Shown one piece after another: positions 50,345-64,000 of a stretch of 64,000 bases of DNA (position 1 is its first letter; every line of letters starts with the position of its first letter). The notes beneath the pieces were generated by a model. That model made no database searches. It had not been told where the DNA came from and was given only the letters and a program-made list of their open reading frames with translations. Source of the stretch: Azolla caroliniana. Taxonomy: Eukaryota > Plantae > Polypodiophyta. The position numbers and the translations under genes are program-made. The stretch covers positions 806,001-870,000 of the forward strand of contig JBHGNT010000021.1 of NCBI GenBank assembly GCA_043228905.1, read 5' to 3'.

Positions 50345-51939
50345 TTGAAATTCTAAAGTAGAACCTCTTACACATATCAATATACATATGGTGTGTGTAT
50401 GGATGTATTGAAAAAGTTTCTAATCCCTTAAATATTGTATAATCAATGCAGAATGATGTAACATTAGATTTCAGGTTCACATAACTTTGTAAAATCTTTT
50501 TAACATGTTTATGATGCTAGATATTAATGCTATTGATAAATGTTCAAAGCTGAAATTTATACTTACTACAATGAAGCAAATAATTATTCCTCGCAGTGGA
50601 TTCTTGCTTGTGTTGTACACACTTTTGACATTGTTAAGCTTGGAGTTACACTTCTTATGTCACAAGGAACAGAACGACTCTTAAGAGAGTTAGGATATCT
50701 TCATAATTAGGATTGTCTTGTTGCGAAAGTTGATTACTACATGCACAACATAGCTATGGAAGAATCTTGAGCTTGAGACTCAATTTATAATCAATGGATT
50801 TCCATGACAAGGAGAGTTGTCTATCTGAACATCAAATGTTGGTTTAGAAAAGGTATCTTTTAGTCATAATGTTGATTTTGTTGCATTGCTTCATTATGGC
50901 TCCCTTCCCATTCTGGCAAATTGTCTAATCTAAAAATTAGACCCTTTCGATTGTCCTTCGCAAATTGTAGACTATATGGTGTGTTGATGCAAGGTTTGGG
51001 ATATAAGAGATTTCCTCACAATATTTACATCTCAATCAATTTCTCTCTTAAACACTATTTCCACCTTGACTCTATTAAGTTATCCATCTCCTCTCAAATT
51101 TGAGAGAGATGCCTCTTGCTTCACCTTCTCAAGAAAGTAGTTAGCATACGATTTCCTATAGTTGGATTGTAGGAAACAAAAAGTGGATCACTTATTTATT
51201 GGAAAAAAGAGCGAATTCACGAATCATTTCATTTACATCATCTACCAACATTCTCTACGATACAATATTGTCCAAAAGGAAGAATAAGTTTATGTATAAT
51301 AAAAATATCCTGAAAACAACAATGATTAAGGGAACTAACTTTCTCTTATAATTCAAAGTTTGAGAGATCAACTCCTCCCCTTTGTCATCACTGTAGTGGT
51401 AGATGCTTCTAATAGCTCAAGATGTTATCCCACAACATTTAAAAGAGTTTCACTCTTACCAAAGTCTTTTGAATGATGTATTTCTGAGCATAAGTCCAAC
51501 GAAAATGTTGAAACTCCACCAATCCATTGAAATTCTATTTAGGCATGTACCCCCACAAATGACATAAAACACCACACCAATCAGCTATGCAAAGAGCTCC
51601 AGGATAATGTCCGCGTGCTTCTTGTTCGCGTTCTTTTGTGTGAATATCCGTGAAGCAAAAACACGTTGTTGGAGCCAAAAGACTACTAGGGTTAAACGCA
51701 AAAGTTTGCAAACAAAGCAAGCTAGGATTTTATCATGATACATACATGGCAATAGAGGGTTTTAACCAACATTGGAACTTACTGACACATCGAAGAAGGC
51801 GAAGGCGAAGCGAAACCCAAAAGCATGATACATCGGCCCATCCACCCTACCTTAGCAACAACATTTTTGGGCCCGGATATAAATACATGCATTGCTATAT
51901 CTACATATTCAAGACTTCTGGTAATGTTTTGGACCATCC

Positions 51940-54900
51940 ATGGAAACCTTATTTGCCTCTATGTCTCTCCCTCTTCCTCCTCCCCTGTTCATCAGAAACT
52001 GCAGACCAAGAAAAAAGACTCCATTTACTGTTTGCTTCCACCGCCCAATCCCTCAAATAGGTCAGTTCTTCATTCATTTATTCGTCAATGAATGAATTAT
52101 CCATTCATTCATTCATTCATTTTCTGCACATGGATAGACAATGGAAGTGAATTGACCGGAAATGGCTATTCTTTGTAGCAGAGAGAAACCTAAATACATT
52201 TTTCAATCTGTTTTTTTATTACTCTATATCTCTACATGTGTTCTGTTGATCGAACCCTGAATTCAAGCAGAAATGTTTCCTTCTTGACACTTTTTGTGCT
52301 CATCAAACTCTAAGGTTTCCTAATGCTTCTCAACATGAAACCATCTTTGATGAAAATGTGCCATTGCCTTCTATAGACATCATCGCAAGATTATAGGCGT
52401 CTTTATACCAATGAAACGTAGGAATTGTAAAAAGCATCCCATTTTAGGGGTGATAGTAGTACACTGTCCAAGGGTTCATTAAAAACTTGTTTTCTTTCGC
52501 CCAATACCTCCTAAGATGAATGTTTGATGGATTTTGTCCGTATAAAAATGTTGTATGGCTATAACTTTCATGGAAATCTAGTTTTATGTTAAGGAACATG
52601 CATATTTTGCAGTTTAGATAAGGGAAATGATTCTTGTACTTCTTGACAATAAAAGTACATTACACTTCCTGCTGCAATGAGCCACGATAGAAAGGATAAC
52701 TATGAAAGGTTACTTTACAATAATATACAATTGGGTGGATTAATACGCACCATGGAGATGTCTCTAGCATGATCCATAGGCAGAGGAGTGCATCAAGATC
52801 ACCAAAAGGCTTCCATGACAACAAGGTGGATAAATTCACATAGTAAATGAGAAGAAGAAGAAAAAGCTAACTAACCCTTTATATAAGTCTAAAACCTAAG
52901 ATTGTGCATGGAAATCCTCAAAGGTTCGGCCCTTTACTATGTCTTTCTCACTAGTTAACAAAAGAGAATGAAATAAGGTAGAGCCAGCACCCTATTTCTG
53001 TAACTAAAACCAACTTGGAGAGCTTCACTGTTACCATCAACTGAGCATAGGAGAAACGACAGAAAATAAACTATGTGGTCTACAGATTAAAGCACTTTTA
53101 AATCGCCCTCTGTTACTCTTAAGCTAGATTTTGAGTTATACATCAAAAGAGGTTTGTTTGAGGGAGACAACTCTTGTTCCCACGGCCCAACTGTCACCTC
53201 TACAAAACAGAATACCTTTCGCCAGGCACATATAACGTTTAAGTAACTCTATTTAGGATTCAATCAAACTGGCTTTATAAACCATAATATTGCACACACC
53301 TACACACATCAGAACCTGATACTAACTGGACTGACAACCTGTTGATCCTGGGGTCTGTCAGGCTTGGCTCCACTAGTCTAGGAACCATTCACCCTCAGCT
53401 ATGCTACATTGTTGATACAATGTAATCTTGTCCGATTTCCAGAATTCTGGAGGAGCAAGTAAAAATAAAAAAAACTATTCATAATGCTGTAAAAGACGAA
53501 TAATGGTGACGGCAACTTGGAAGAATGACTTGACAGCCTTAGCTTTTGTTTCTGTGTGGCAAATACACAATGGTCGCTTCTAGAAGTGTGGCTTATTAGC
53601 ATAAACAAAAAGGATGAAACTGCCAATGGTTCTTTATGCTCATTAACTGCTAAAAACTTTGCATACTCCCTTTACCATACCATCAAATATCATATCACTT
53701 TCAGAGGTGGATACAAACTTACGATTTATTTGCAGGCAAAGCTAGTATATCAAGCTCTGATACAGACTTCACCAGGAGAGGCATACTGGAAAGCCTCACC
53801 TATTTCACGTTATTATCTTTGGGGAATGGCATTTCACAAAAAACCGCGGAAGCAACTGAACAAGGGTTGGGGTAGGTTACTCTTTCCCCTTAAATTCAAG
53901 CTTCATACATTTGCTTACATTTGTCAATTCAACAAGGACTAAGGTTGACATATACATTGTTGGTTGGTTGACATTGTTTCTGATTGCTGAAACAAATGAA
54001 TGAGAAATATTTCATTAGAACAACAGTAAAATCTAGATGAGAAGATGTTTCAGTTCTGTTTCATTTGGAAATGGATTTCGCAAACATAATCCATGAGATG
54101 GAATCCAAGATGTCCTTTCCACATTGAAAGACAGACATTTGAGCATTTCCTTAAGAGCTGATTATGTTTCAAATTATCTGCATTTTTGTTGATTAAATGA
54201 AAGGTTCAAACCAATTTTCCTACCCACATCACAAGGAAAGGTTGAGTATGAGAAACATTGTATCAATTTAGAAGTAATATCCCATGCTCTTTTCCTATCC
54301 CATCTCATTTCTTCTAGAGGACTTTGTTTTGATTGCATTGGTTTGAAGTGCATGGGTTTGAGAGAAAAAGAATATGATTAGTGCTGCATTCTTATTTCTA
54401 ACCATGTATATGCACACAAATCAATTCAGTTTTTAATGTTTTGCATGAGCAATGAGAACTACAGTGAAAGTGAACTAAAGAGTATCCAAATGGAGCTGAG
54501 AAAAACACTGAAGAGACCTAGAGCTGCTGGGTTGCTCCGTCTAGTCTTTCATGATGCTGGAACTTTCAATATTAAAACTAATACAGGTTATAACTTGTTT
54601 ATTGTCTTTGATATATCATAAAATATGGTGTTCTATTGGTTTTGTTTGCCAAACATAATATCTTGCATGTTCGCTTTATAGGAGGCATGAATGGATCTAT
54701 AATTTATGAGCTGGATAGACCTGAGAATTCTGGTTTGGATCGCTCAATAAAGGTAGTATTGTATCCAAATTAATGTTTATCATGCATTATTTTTAGATTA
54801 AAAATGACAGGACGTTAGAAATTTCATGTGTACTACTAGGATGTGATTATGTTGTTAACATGAACAAATTTCTTTTCACATCACTGAAGAGTTCACTTTC

Positions 54901-56473
54901 TTAATGCTGAACATTTACAGTGATTTAATTCACTCATCATCTTTTGCTATTGTCATGCCTTACATCTTTATTTTGCCTACAGATTCTTGCAGCAGTCAAA
55001 GATTCATTAGGTCCATCACTCTCAGGTTTGTACTGCAATCACAGATATTATCGTTGAACATAAATGATATTCAGCTTTGTCTGGTTTCTGTTGTTACAAG
55101 GTTCTTTTGTCTGTCTAGACAGTTTCTTGGGCAGATCTTATAGCTGTAGCTGGTGCAGAAGCTGTTGCATTATGTCGAGGGCCAATAATTCCAATAAAGT
55201 TGGGACGATTAGATGCTGTGTAAGTCTTCCATTTTTCCTTTTGCTTGGTTTCATTCCATTCTACCTTTCACGTCATTGTTGCATTTAGATATGACAGTGT
55301 TCCTGATCCAGAGGGGCAGCTTCCTGAAGAGTCTTTAGATGCTTCCAACTTGAAGAAAAACTTCTTAGCAAAAGGCTTCACGTAAGTATACTGATCATGG
55401 ATATATATGAAGTAGCTTAATTGATGATTCTGATTTGTGAGACTGGCAGCACATCCGAATTGGTTGCCTTGTCTGGGGCTCATACACTTGGAAGCAAGGG
55501 TTTTGGGAACCCGTTAGTCTTTGACAATTCATATTACAAAATCCTCTTAGAGAAGCCATGGACTCAGATTGGTGAGCATCATAACTAGTGATAAATAGTC
55601 AAAAATTACACTTTTGTTTTCATCTATAATTAAAAAGCAGAGAAAAGTGAAGGATTGTATGAAGCAATGTTTCCTGATATGTAAATTTCCATGCTTTTGA
55701 GTATTGAAGGCCAAGGCCACGGGACTAACAAAAAAACTATAAAGATCAAATGATTGGAACGGTTTAATTATGATGTATGGTTAATTAATCGCTGCTCTTT
55801 TGCAGATAATGAAATGGGCTCAATGATTGGACTACCATCTGACCGGACATTGGTTGATGATGATGAGTGTTTTAGGTATGATTCAAATACAATTATTGGT
55901 AGTCTGAAAAGTTTGATTATCCTCCAATACCCCATTAGTAATGAAAATATTTCATGGAAAAGTTGCATTTCCCCTAGGCTTCCTTGTTCGTCACTTAACA
56001 AATGACACTTTGTTAAAAATAAACAAAATACTTCTTGAGTATGGTCATGCAGTCAATATTTGGCTCCTCTAGGCTCTAACAGGCCATGACATTGAAGTTC
56101 TCATAACACAAATTCCAAACACAGCCCGTAATTCTAGGATCCACTTTAACCGCTTCATGTTTTAGTGGGTAATAGTCTGTTTCGTGTTTTAAAATTGTAA
56201 ACTATTGTGTGATATGGTGTGATTAAGGGAAATCAAGAAATGTTGGATACGTGTGTACAGATTGTTGAATGCAAAATCGTGGTGTATCTAACACAATTTT
56301 TTATGAGCTCCTTATCATGAGCACTTATTTTATTTTATTTATCAATTTATTTCGTTTTTGATAGGTTGGTTACGTATTATGCTGAAGATGAATCAAAGTT
56401 TTTTGAAGATTTTAGTGCAGCCTATATTAAGCTGGTCAATTCTGGTGCTAAGTGGAGTACAGGAGCTACTTGA
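51940..56473 (+). CDS. APX6: Ascorbate peroxidase-related protein (APX6/APx-R), probably plastid-targeted
   Basis: Core exons ~54450-54587 (KRPRAAGLLRLVFHDAGTF), 54682-54751 (GGMNGSIIYELDRPEN), 54983-55026, 55104-55219 (VSWADLIAVAGAEAV), 55298-55381, 55450-55571 (ELVALSGAHTLGSKGFG..FDNSYYKILLEKPW), 55806-55875 (SMIGLPSDR) and 56365-56473. Candidate first exon 51940-52060 encodes a transit-peptide-like METLFASMSLPLPPPLFIRNCRPRKK; its link to the core exons is unresolved. Confidence 0.9.
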
Positions 56474-57180
56474 AAATAAGGTGCTAAATTTATTTAGTCT
56501 GTCAACCATTCTACGAGAAGGCTGATTCCAGTACTTTATCCAACGTGCAAACTTGGAAAGATATTCCTAGCATCAAGTCAGAAGCATGACAAAAGATGTC
56601 CTGGTTAGGCAGGCATGTCTGAAGGGCCAGGTCAGTGCAGTTGGTATTTAGTGAGGATATATCGATGAAATGTTTATAGCTGAAGTCAGTCTGAAATTTT
56701 GAAGGAAGCACCTTGCTTCAGCACTGGTAATTCATTGGTTGGAAATTGGGACTTGTATTGATATGATTGTCGACCAATTCCAATTTTTATTTTTTTCTAC
56801 TGAACTGTAACTGGTACTAATGGTATTCTGTATCCCTTTCTACTAAAGCACCATATTATGACTGAATGTTTACTGAACCCAGATATTTTGAATGGTATGC
56901 AAGTTTACCAGGCTGGGGATCCAAGAATCTATTTGCTGACGTCTTGTATGAATAAGCTGAAAGAATATTCTAACCTGTATTGTGATCTCTAATGGAGAAG
57001 CCAAGCATTTGCAGGATCTCAAGCAATCAAATTCATTAAAGCACATGTACCACAAGATAAGAAGCTTGGCCTTGTCACAGAATAGTCTTGCCACACTCGA
57101 AACCATTTTCATATTTTATCCAGAATGGTGCTGATACTATCTGATTTGTGCTAGCCAATGTCACTGATACAATTCATATC

Positions 57181-58227
57181 CATAGTTTGAGCCATACGTC
57201 CCATTCGTGTCATACTCATACGTGAATATTCGTATCATACTCATACATGAAATGGCTCTAAGTATGATTGAAATCCATTCGTCTATATTTATATTTATGT
57301 TTATATTTATTATTTCTTTTGTCATAACCCTTATGATTATTGAGTGATTAGTATTTGATTAGTGCTACTTTGTTAGATAGTGTGTCATTACGTGTGTCAT
57401 TACTCTTACACTTATGATTATTGTGTAGTTTCATCGGCAGTTAATGTGTCGTTCATCTTAATCGTGTCATCAATAAGTCACTAGCCTTGCACTGTCATTA
57501 GTAAACCATTAACTTTACTTGTATCATTTTCGAAATATATAATTAACCGACTAACTTGGAGAAAAGGGCACCCTGATATGATCATGTGCCACTTGTTGGT
57601 TTCCTGACCTTGTGACTATGAAAGTTAATTAGAATTCTGCTCCATATGCCCAGAATTTGTAGCTCACCGTGATTGTAAGAATCTAAATTAGCATTAAGAA
57701 AATGAAAGGAGAAAATAAGGAAGAAACGGTGTCTAACCACCCCTAGCAAAGTTCAGAGAAGGATATGAGTCACCCATCATTATCAAATGGGACCTCTATA
57801 TTTGGAGGTATAACTTATAAGTGGAGCTATCACAAACCTTCTCAGGCACAAAGATGGGATAATGATTGGGTAGAGGATCAGGGGGGGGTTCAGTTTTGGG
57901 GTAGTCAGAAGGAGCCATGGTTGTTTCTCCACCATCATGGGATAATGATGAGTCTGCAGAAAGGGAGATGGAGCAGAAGATGAACGTGATGAAGGAGACA
58001 TGGTTGGTCCAATTGCAGAGGTAGGAGGAGAGCCACAGGTGGAAGTGGCGCGCCTTGTTTGTTTTGTCCTTCTCAGACTTCAGTTCGCTACACGCATACC
58101 TATCAGGAAAAAAAACCCAAAAGGGAGAAAAAAAGTTCCGAAACGAATATTGTGTATCATACGCAAACGTATGCAAACGTTCACATACATCCACCAAATT
58201 GGACGTACGCAAATATTATGAATTATG
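57181..58227. mobile_element. Non-autonomous hAT-superfamily DNA transposon (1047 bp)
   Basis: Perfect 8-bp TSD TTCATATC at 57173-57180 and 58228-58235. Termini CATAGTT...AATTATG form an imperfect TIR. Subterminal inverted similarity (tacgtcccatt vs aattggacgta) and repeated catac/cgta motifs at both ends. No transposase ORF. Confidence 0.85.
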
Positions 58228-58465
58228 TTCATATCTATAGATGCGATGACTACCCTATGGTATTGAGATTATCTGCTTTATCTTTAGACCTAATTAGTAA
58301 TGCCAATGAGCCCAATCCCAAATCTAATTCACTGATGCATGCAAAACATATAATATAAACAATACACCCATGTCGCCTACAGAAGTAGATTGTTAAAAGA
58401 CCATCCAAACCACAAGAATTTAAAATTTGCACTATCTGATTATAGCAAGAACCGCTTACTAACCA

Positions 58466-58756
58466 ATGACATGATATACTTCCAGCATAATTTCTACCTA
58501 TTTTGCTTGTATTTAATTGTAACAAAAGTATATAAATAGAGACAATGTAACATCTTTCAACACAAATAATCAAAACTCTCCTTCCAAGAGGAAAGAGATG
58601 CATCAGAAACTTCCCTTTGTAAAACATAACACTCGGTACCCACATGACATTAATACTTCTGGCATAATTTCAACCTATTTTGCTTATGAAGACAATAGAA
58701 CATATTTCAACAGAAATAATCAAAACTCCACTTTCAAGATGAAAGAAATGTACCTA
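58466..58756. repeat. Diverged tandem duplication downstream of RPT1
   Basis: gacat.a.tacttc..gcataatttc.acctattttgctt occurs at ~58468 and ~58646. agacaat..aacat.tttcaaca.aaataatcaaaactc...tt.caaga.gaaaga.atg occurs at ~58540 and ~58690. Confidence 0.85.
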
Positions 58757-58904
58757 GCTCAAGTAAACACAATTTATAATTAAACCCCAGTTATATTTTT
58801 AAATTGGTTTTGAGTACAGAGAAATCTATATGAATCTTAACGAAAATGTGCTGTGAACCGTAGATACTTTGCTCACTTCAGCGTGAAATACATCAAAAAG
58901 CATT

Positions 58905-61900
58905 TTAATTGTACACCATGTACTTTGGCGTTGCACTGAACTTTTGATAACCTTTGATAACTTTGTTAACAGCCTCTAAGAAGTCTTTCTCTGTGACCGT
59001 TTTCCTCCTTGCTCGGATTGCAAACATCCCAGCTTCAGTGCAAACACTTCTAATATCAGCTCCTGAGAAAATACAAGCAGTCAGCTCAAATACAGTCATA
59101 AGCTGTGAAGTCAAATATGTAAATGAGGAAAAGTTAATTTTCGAACTACTTTTTGGCAAAGGGAAAAATAATTTAAATTAAAGGGGTAGAGTTGACATCA
59201 ACCCTACAATATATCAAACCAAAGGGAAGAAAATGAGTCACCTGTAGAGTTTGGGCAAAGACGTGAAAGCAATTCAAATCGGATGTCTCTTTCACAGTTC
59301 ATTGTTCGTGTATGGATCTTGAAAATCTGCGTCCGACTTTCAAGATCTGGGAGACCGAATTCTACTTTCCGATCAAGTCGACCAGGCCTCAATAGTGCAG
59401 GATCAAGTGTATCAGGTCTGGACACAAAGAGCATATAGAAATGAACAGAATAGAAAAGTATCATATTTCAATAGTAATAAACTGGCAAGAATTGAACCTG
59501 TTTGTAGCCATGAGAACTTTGATGTTTCCGCGTGCATCAAAACCATCCAACTGGTTAACAATCTCAAGCATTGTTCTCTGGACTTCATTATCACCACCCA
59601 GACCATCATCGAACCGTGCACCTCCAATAGCATCAACCTCATCAAAAAACACAATACATGCCTTCTTTGACCTGGCCATCTACACAATCAAAATAGAATC
59701 ATATTGATTTATCATCTTCATGATCTGCTGTCTACAATGAAAACAATTTCTAATTTACATCAAAAGGCTGTATTTTAACAAGGACCTGAAACAGTTCTCT
59801 GACCATTCGAGCACCTTCACCGACATATTTTTGTACTAATTCACTGCCAATAACACGAATAAAACATGCATCCGTCCGGTTTGCCACTGCTCGTGCCAAG
59901 AGTGTTTTCCCTGTCCCAGGAGGCCCATAACAAAGAACTCCTTTTGGAGGATCAATCCCTAGCTTCACAAATTTCTCTGGATGCAACATGGGTAGCTCCA
60001 CAACCTCTCTCATCTTCTCTATTTGCTCTTTACAACCCCCAACATCATTATAAGTGACATCTGGTTTCTCTTCCACAGTCATCATTGTCACACTGGGATC
60101 AATCTTGGGGGGTAATGGTATCTGAATTTGATACTTATTCCGATCAACACTGCAACAACACCATGCCAACAAGTATAGGTTCAATGCATCATAAAGTTGG
60201 TAATCTCTTCAACATACACAATGTCAGGTTAACAAGCAAATTATAAATAACAGAACATGTACATGTTGGATACAAATTACAATTTCAGACCTAGTAATTC
60301 TCTTTTAATATTGAACCACATGACAATACCGAGATATGATAATCAATAAAGGTGCTTACCCAACTCGCATGCCTTCCTCTATATCTGTGGGAGAAACCTT
60401 CTCCCCCAAACCAACAACAAACTACAAGCATACAACAAATAACCTCAGAGATTTTACTACAAATTACTTCAAAGCACAATGCTTGCAATGCTATCTTTTG
60501 TTGAACCAAATGTCACATACCTTTGCAATTTGTTTGACATTTATGACATACTTGGAATCATCCGTCCCAGGATTTATAATCTTAGTGCAGCGGGCAACCT
60601 GCCAACAAAATATTTACATGTTCCTTGATCATATTTTATGACTGATAATAGATCATGTTTCTGAAATATGTTTCAAGCCCCATGGCCAAAGATCACTTTC
60701 AACATCGATAGAGTGCTACAATTCCATCATTATGGAGTTCACACTCTTAAACTAACCTGCAAGGGTTGTTCTTCTTGCATCATTTGCTTGTCAGAAACAA
60801 GATCCCATTGACTTGGGGCTGCTAGACCTGTGTCAGACTCTTTAATGCCTGTAAAAAATATAAACATTTATGAGCATTCAACATCATGCCTGAAAAACCA
60901 ATTTACAAATGTAAAAAACTTGTACATTTTATTGTGAGAAAGGGTGCAACATATCCGAAAGCAAAAGACTCTGTTGCTTCTATAAGATTTTACCTGGTGG
61001 TGGAGGTTTAGTTAGATTGGTTGTTTGATTGCAGTTTCACCATCCTAATGAAGACTCATAGGCAGGTTTCAAAATATGGGGAATTAAGGATGCCCTACGG
61101 GTCTACAGGGGAGTGCAGCATAAAACAGCACCTGCATGCCCCTACGTGACACAATGTAGAGGGAATGCTTACCATATGGGAGAACAACGTCGAATTATTG
61201 CCATGGCAAAGACAACTAAAGACTTTCTTGTACTAGCCAAATTTGTGAAAAGATATCGAAACATTCATACAACATGCATCATTTGTCAAAAAGTTAAATC
61301 TGACATGCTGCAGGCTTTGCCAGTCTCATATGGGTCATAGGAAAATACAGCTATGGCATTTTCTTTTATCTTCCAAGATCATAAACACAATCATCAGGCT
61401 ATTTGTTAATGTGAACAACAAAAATGATGGCAATAAAGGCATTACAAACAAGAAATGTGAAGAGCTTCAAATATTTTGGTATTAGTGTCATGTAAAGAAT
61501 ATGCAAGTTTATAACAAAAAGTTAAGAATATATCTGACCCTACATAGCCAAAACATGCTTGGAACATCAGATACAAGGGAGAACCTCCTAGTCAAGATGC
61601 CCAAATGTCAAATTTGGAATATTAAATTGCAAATGGTAACTCTCCATTGGCCACAATACAAGGTAAAATTGCCAAAACATATCTAACCTTTGAACTTGTT
61701 TGCACCAGTTAGGTTTGAAGTAGCATTATGGCATCATCGCCCAAATATGAAGATATGGAAAGTATGCAATGAACATCACTTACTTCTCACATGTTCAGCA
61801 TATAATGTAATTAACAAGAAGTATGACAACTTGTTAGACAGGGATGATAATTTAATTTTCATACTCAAATCTCCACCAAAAAGGGTGAACACATATGTGC

Positions 61901-63462
61901 ATGCATTATTGACTTGTTAGACAAGGATGATAATTCACATGCCAAACTCAAATCTCCATCAAAAAGGGTGAGCACATGTGTGTGCATATTTTGACATAGA
62001 GATATTTTGCTACAGAGTGAAACAGCTGAGATGGAATGATCCCTAGACTGGAGAAGGCAGAACTCACATGCCCCAGGATCAGCATGTGATCAGCCAAATT
62101 AGCATTGAGTTCTGATGCTTGTGGTATGTGCCACCAAGTCAAGCAGTAAAATTGTGACCTCAGAAATCTTCAGCCCTTCAAAAAGCATTAACCATCTTAA
62201 CCAGTGTGACTGCTTTTGCACATCAACTATGAAACCTTTCCCATAATAACCTTACATCTCAAAAGCTTGCATTGGATCAACCTATCTTTCATTCAGTCCC
62301 TAAGATCATCTTGGCCACAAATGCAGAATAACTCAAGACACAACTAGGAAAGATAATCTGAAAAAACACCCAACCTGTCAATATTTGACAACATCCTCTT
62401 TACTGGAGTTAAGTTACTGGACAACGCATAGCATGATAAGATCATGCGTCCCATACCAATCTATTGATGTTCATCAGACCACAAACGGTGAACCAAACAC
62501 TCATCCCAATAATTAACCCTCACCAAACCTCCTACTCTGATATGAAGACATAACACCAGGTTTTCTTGCATTTGGTGGCACTGTATCCTTGGGTTTTCTT
62601 GCATTTAAATCCATCATAAAGTTCCTACTTAAACTTGATTCAGCTAAAGTTACCACTGAAACTTAATTCAGCTCACCATGGGTACTTAGCATCTTGGCGG
62701 GTGAAAATATACTAAATAAACTGCACATTAACTAAAAACGCAAATGAGTTACATAGCACCATTGGCCAAAGTTGCTTCATGATGAATTATTACACATTTC
62801 CTTGAGGAAAATGATGACTTACCCAAAAAACTGTTGTTCACAAAATATAAGCTTCCCACACATGAAAAAACGCATCATTTAGAACACTTCTCGCTCTCAG
62901 AAAATATGATTTTTAGCACTCAAAACGTTTGCATAAATATGACTTATCCCATGGCTCGTCGAGAAAATAGTGATTAGCACAGATATCGTTCACCAGAAGG
63001 TTAAGAAAATGAAGGTTAAGAAAATGATGAATTGAGCATCAACATTTCTTTTCACAGATATCATACAGGTAAAATATGATAGCTCACTTAGAGAAAAGAT
63101 GGCTCGTTGCATAAATCGTTCTGATTATAAAGGGATGACTTACCACAAAGGTCATTAACTTTCTTCGCCATGTCTTTAATTTCCTTCTCCGCTTTCTTGA
63201 TAGATGTGGCATAAGGTCCGAGTCCCTAGAACAGAAAAGGCACAGAGACATATCAGACAAAGAAGCAAGAAAGAGAGAAATATACACCTGCAGAGACATA
63301 CGACGTAGAAAAAGAGAGATAGATGCATTTGAGCAGACGATCTAGTAGAATAAGAAGAAGACGGAGAAGTGAACTTACATAGGTCTTGAGAAGAGCGATG
63401 TCATCTTCGTCGAGAGGAGGCGGATTCTTTTCATCCAATTCCTTCTCTGGTTCAGGCGCCAT
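58905..63462 (-). CDS. RPT1: 26S proteasome AAA-ATPase regulatory subunit 7 (RPT1)
   Basis: Exons 63462-63379, 63225-63144, 60848-60757, 60598-60521, 60421-60360, 60149-59786, 59679-59498, 59417-59242 and 59062-58905. Motifs [27 protein letters not shown], Walker A GPPGTGKT, Walker [21 protein letters not shown] and C-terminal [12 protein letters not shown]. Confidence 0.98.
61829..61990. repeat. Tandem duplication 2 x 83 bp in RPT1 intron 2
   Basis: acttgttagaca.ggatgataatt...actcaaatctcca.caaaaagggtga.caca occurs at 61829 and 61912. Confidence 0.9.
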
Positions 63463-63481
63463 GGCTGTTTCTGGGGGAGCC

Positions 63482-63489
63482 TAGGGTTT
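63482..63489 (-). promoter_or_regulatory. Telo-box (AAACCCTA) in the RPT1 5' UTR
   Basis: tagggttt on + reads AAACCCTA on the sense strand, 20 nt upstream of the ATG. Telo-boxes are common in plant housekeeping gene leaders. Confidence 0.5.
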
Positions 63490-63825
63490 CGTCTACTGTC
63501 TTCTGCACAGAAGAAAAATGAAATGGCTTCTTCCTGTCTTGGATCTCAAGCTTCCCGAGCCTCGATCGATACAACTTCAGTGAATCTATATAAAAAAGAG
63601 AACAAAAATGGTCCCAAGGTTTGCAGAAACTCCAGAAATGGTCCAATAACGTTTACAAAAACTACGAAAATGGGGCCACTCAACGATATCATTCATCCAT
63701 AGATAATCAAACTTCTAAATTTGGGGCGGCTAGGGGGCCCTAATCTTGGGTGTCTCCTAGCAAATTTTGTATGTGCTCGTTTCCACACAAGGCATCGGAA
63801 GAACACAATTTACAATCACAATCAA

Positions 63826-63980
63826 ATATATACAATGATATAGTTAGGCATATAGGGATAAAACCGAGATGACTAGTAAAGGGGACACAATTGTGTGCAT
63901 TCATTCATTCATATATATACAATGATGTAGTTTGGCATATAGGGGGTAAGTAACCAAGATGACTCATAAAGGGGACATAT
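63826..63980. repeat. Tandem duplication (~87-bp period) upstream of RPT1
   Basis: atatatacaatgat.tagtt.ggcatataggg...aacc.agatgact..taaaggggaca occurs at ~63826 and ~63913. Confidence 0.85.
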
Positions 63981-64000
63981 ATGAAGCATGCTACACAATC

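Noticed and set aside
51650-52091. ORFs 51650..52060 and 51825..52091 as separate genes
   Set aside because: No recognisable domains. The region is better explained as the APX6 leader and first exon, with a third frame from ATG 51940 giving a transit-peptide-like sequence.
52650-53770. Possible LTR-element remnant in the large APX6 intron (reverse PBS-like gctctgatac at ~53754)
   Set aside because: No defined LTR boundaries, TSD or coding motifs.

Overview
Gene-rich land-plant nuclear DNA with spliceosomal GT-AG introns, PLS-class PPR genes, microsatellites and decayed transposons. A fern or other seed-free vascular plant is my guess from sequence style only. Nine apparently intact genes: an RLCK-XI-type kinase with a large kinase insert, a SINA E3 ligase, a PWWP/Tudor protein (At1g51745-like), a PLS-E PPR protein, an At4g15545/NAIP-like coiled-coil protein, an APLF-like FHA + acidic + PBZ zinc-finger protein, a GH27 alpha-galactosidase/beta-L-arabinopyranosidase-like enzyme, APX6/APx-R and the 26S proteasome ATPase RPT1. 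Also present: a PPR pseudogene fragment, a decayed LINE, a solo LTR, a non-autonomous hAT element with a perfect 8-bp TSD, a foldback element and many short local tandem duplications. Most notable: (i) the APLF-like gene, whose PBZ finger appears only after splicing; (ii) degenerate hexameric TTAGGG/CCCTAA arrays at gene 5' ends, twice inside coding sequence; (iii) a 31-bp-stem hairpin upstream of the PPR gene; (iv) a 7 x 63-bp intronic array. Exon coordinates were read by eye and may be off by a few bases. No tRNA, rRNA or CRISPR features were seen.
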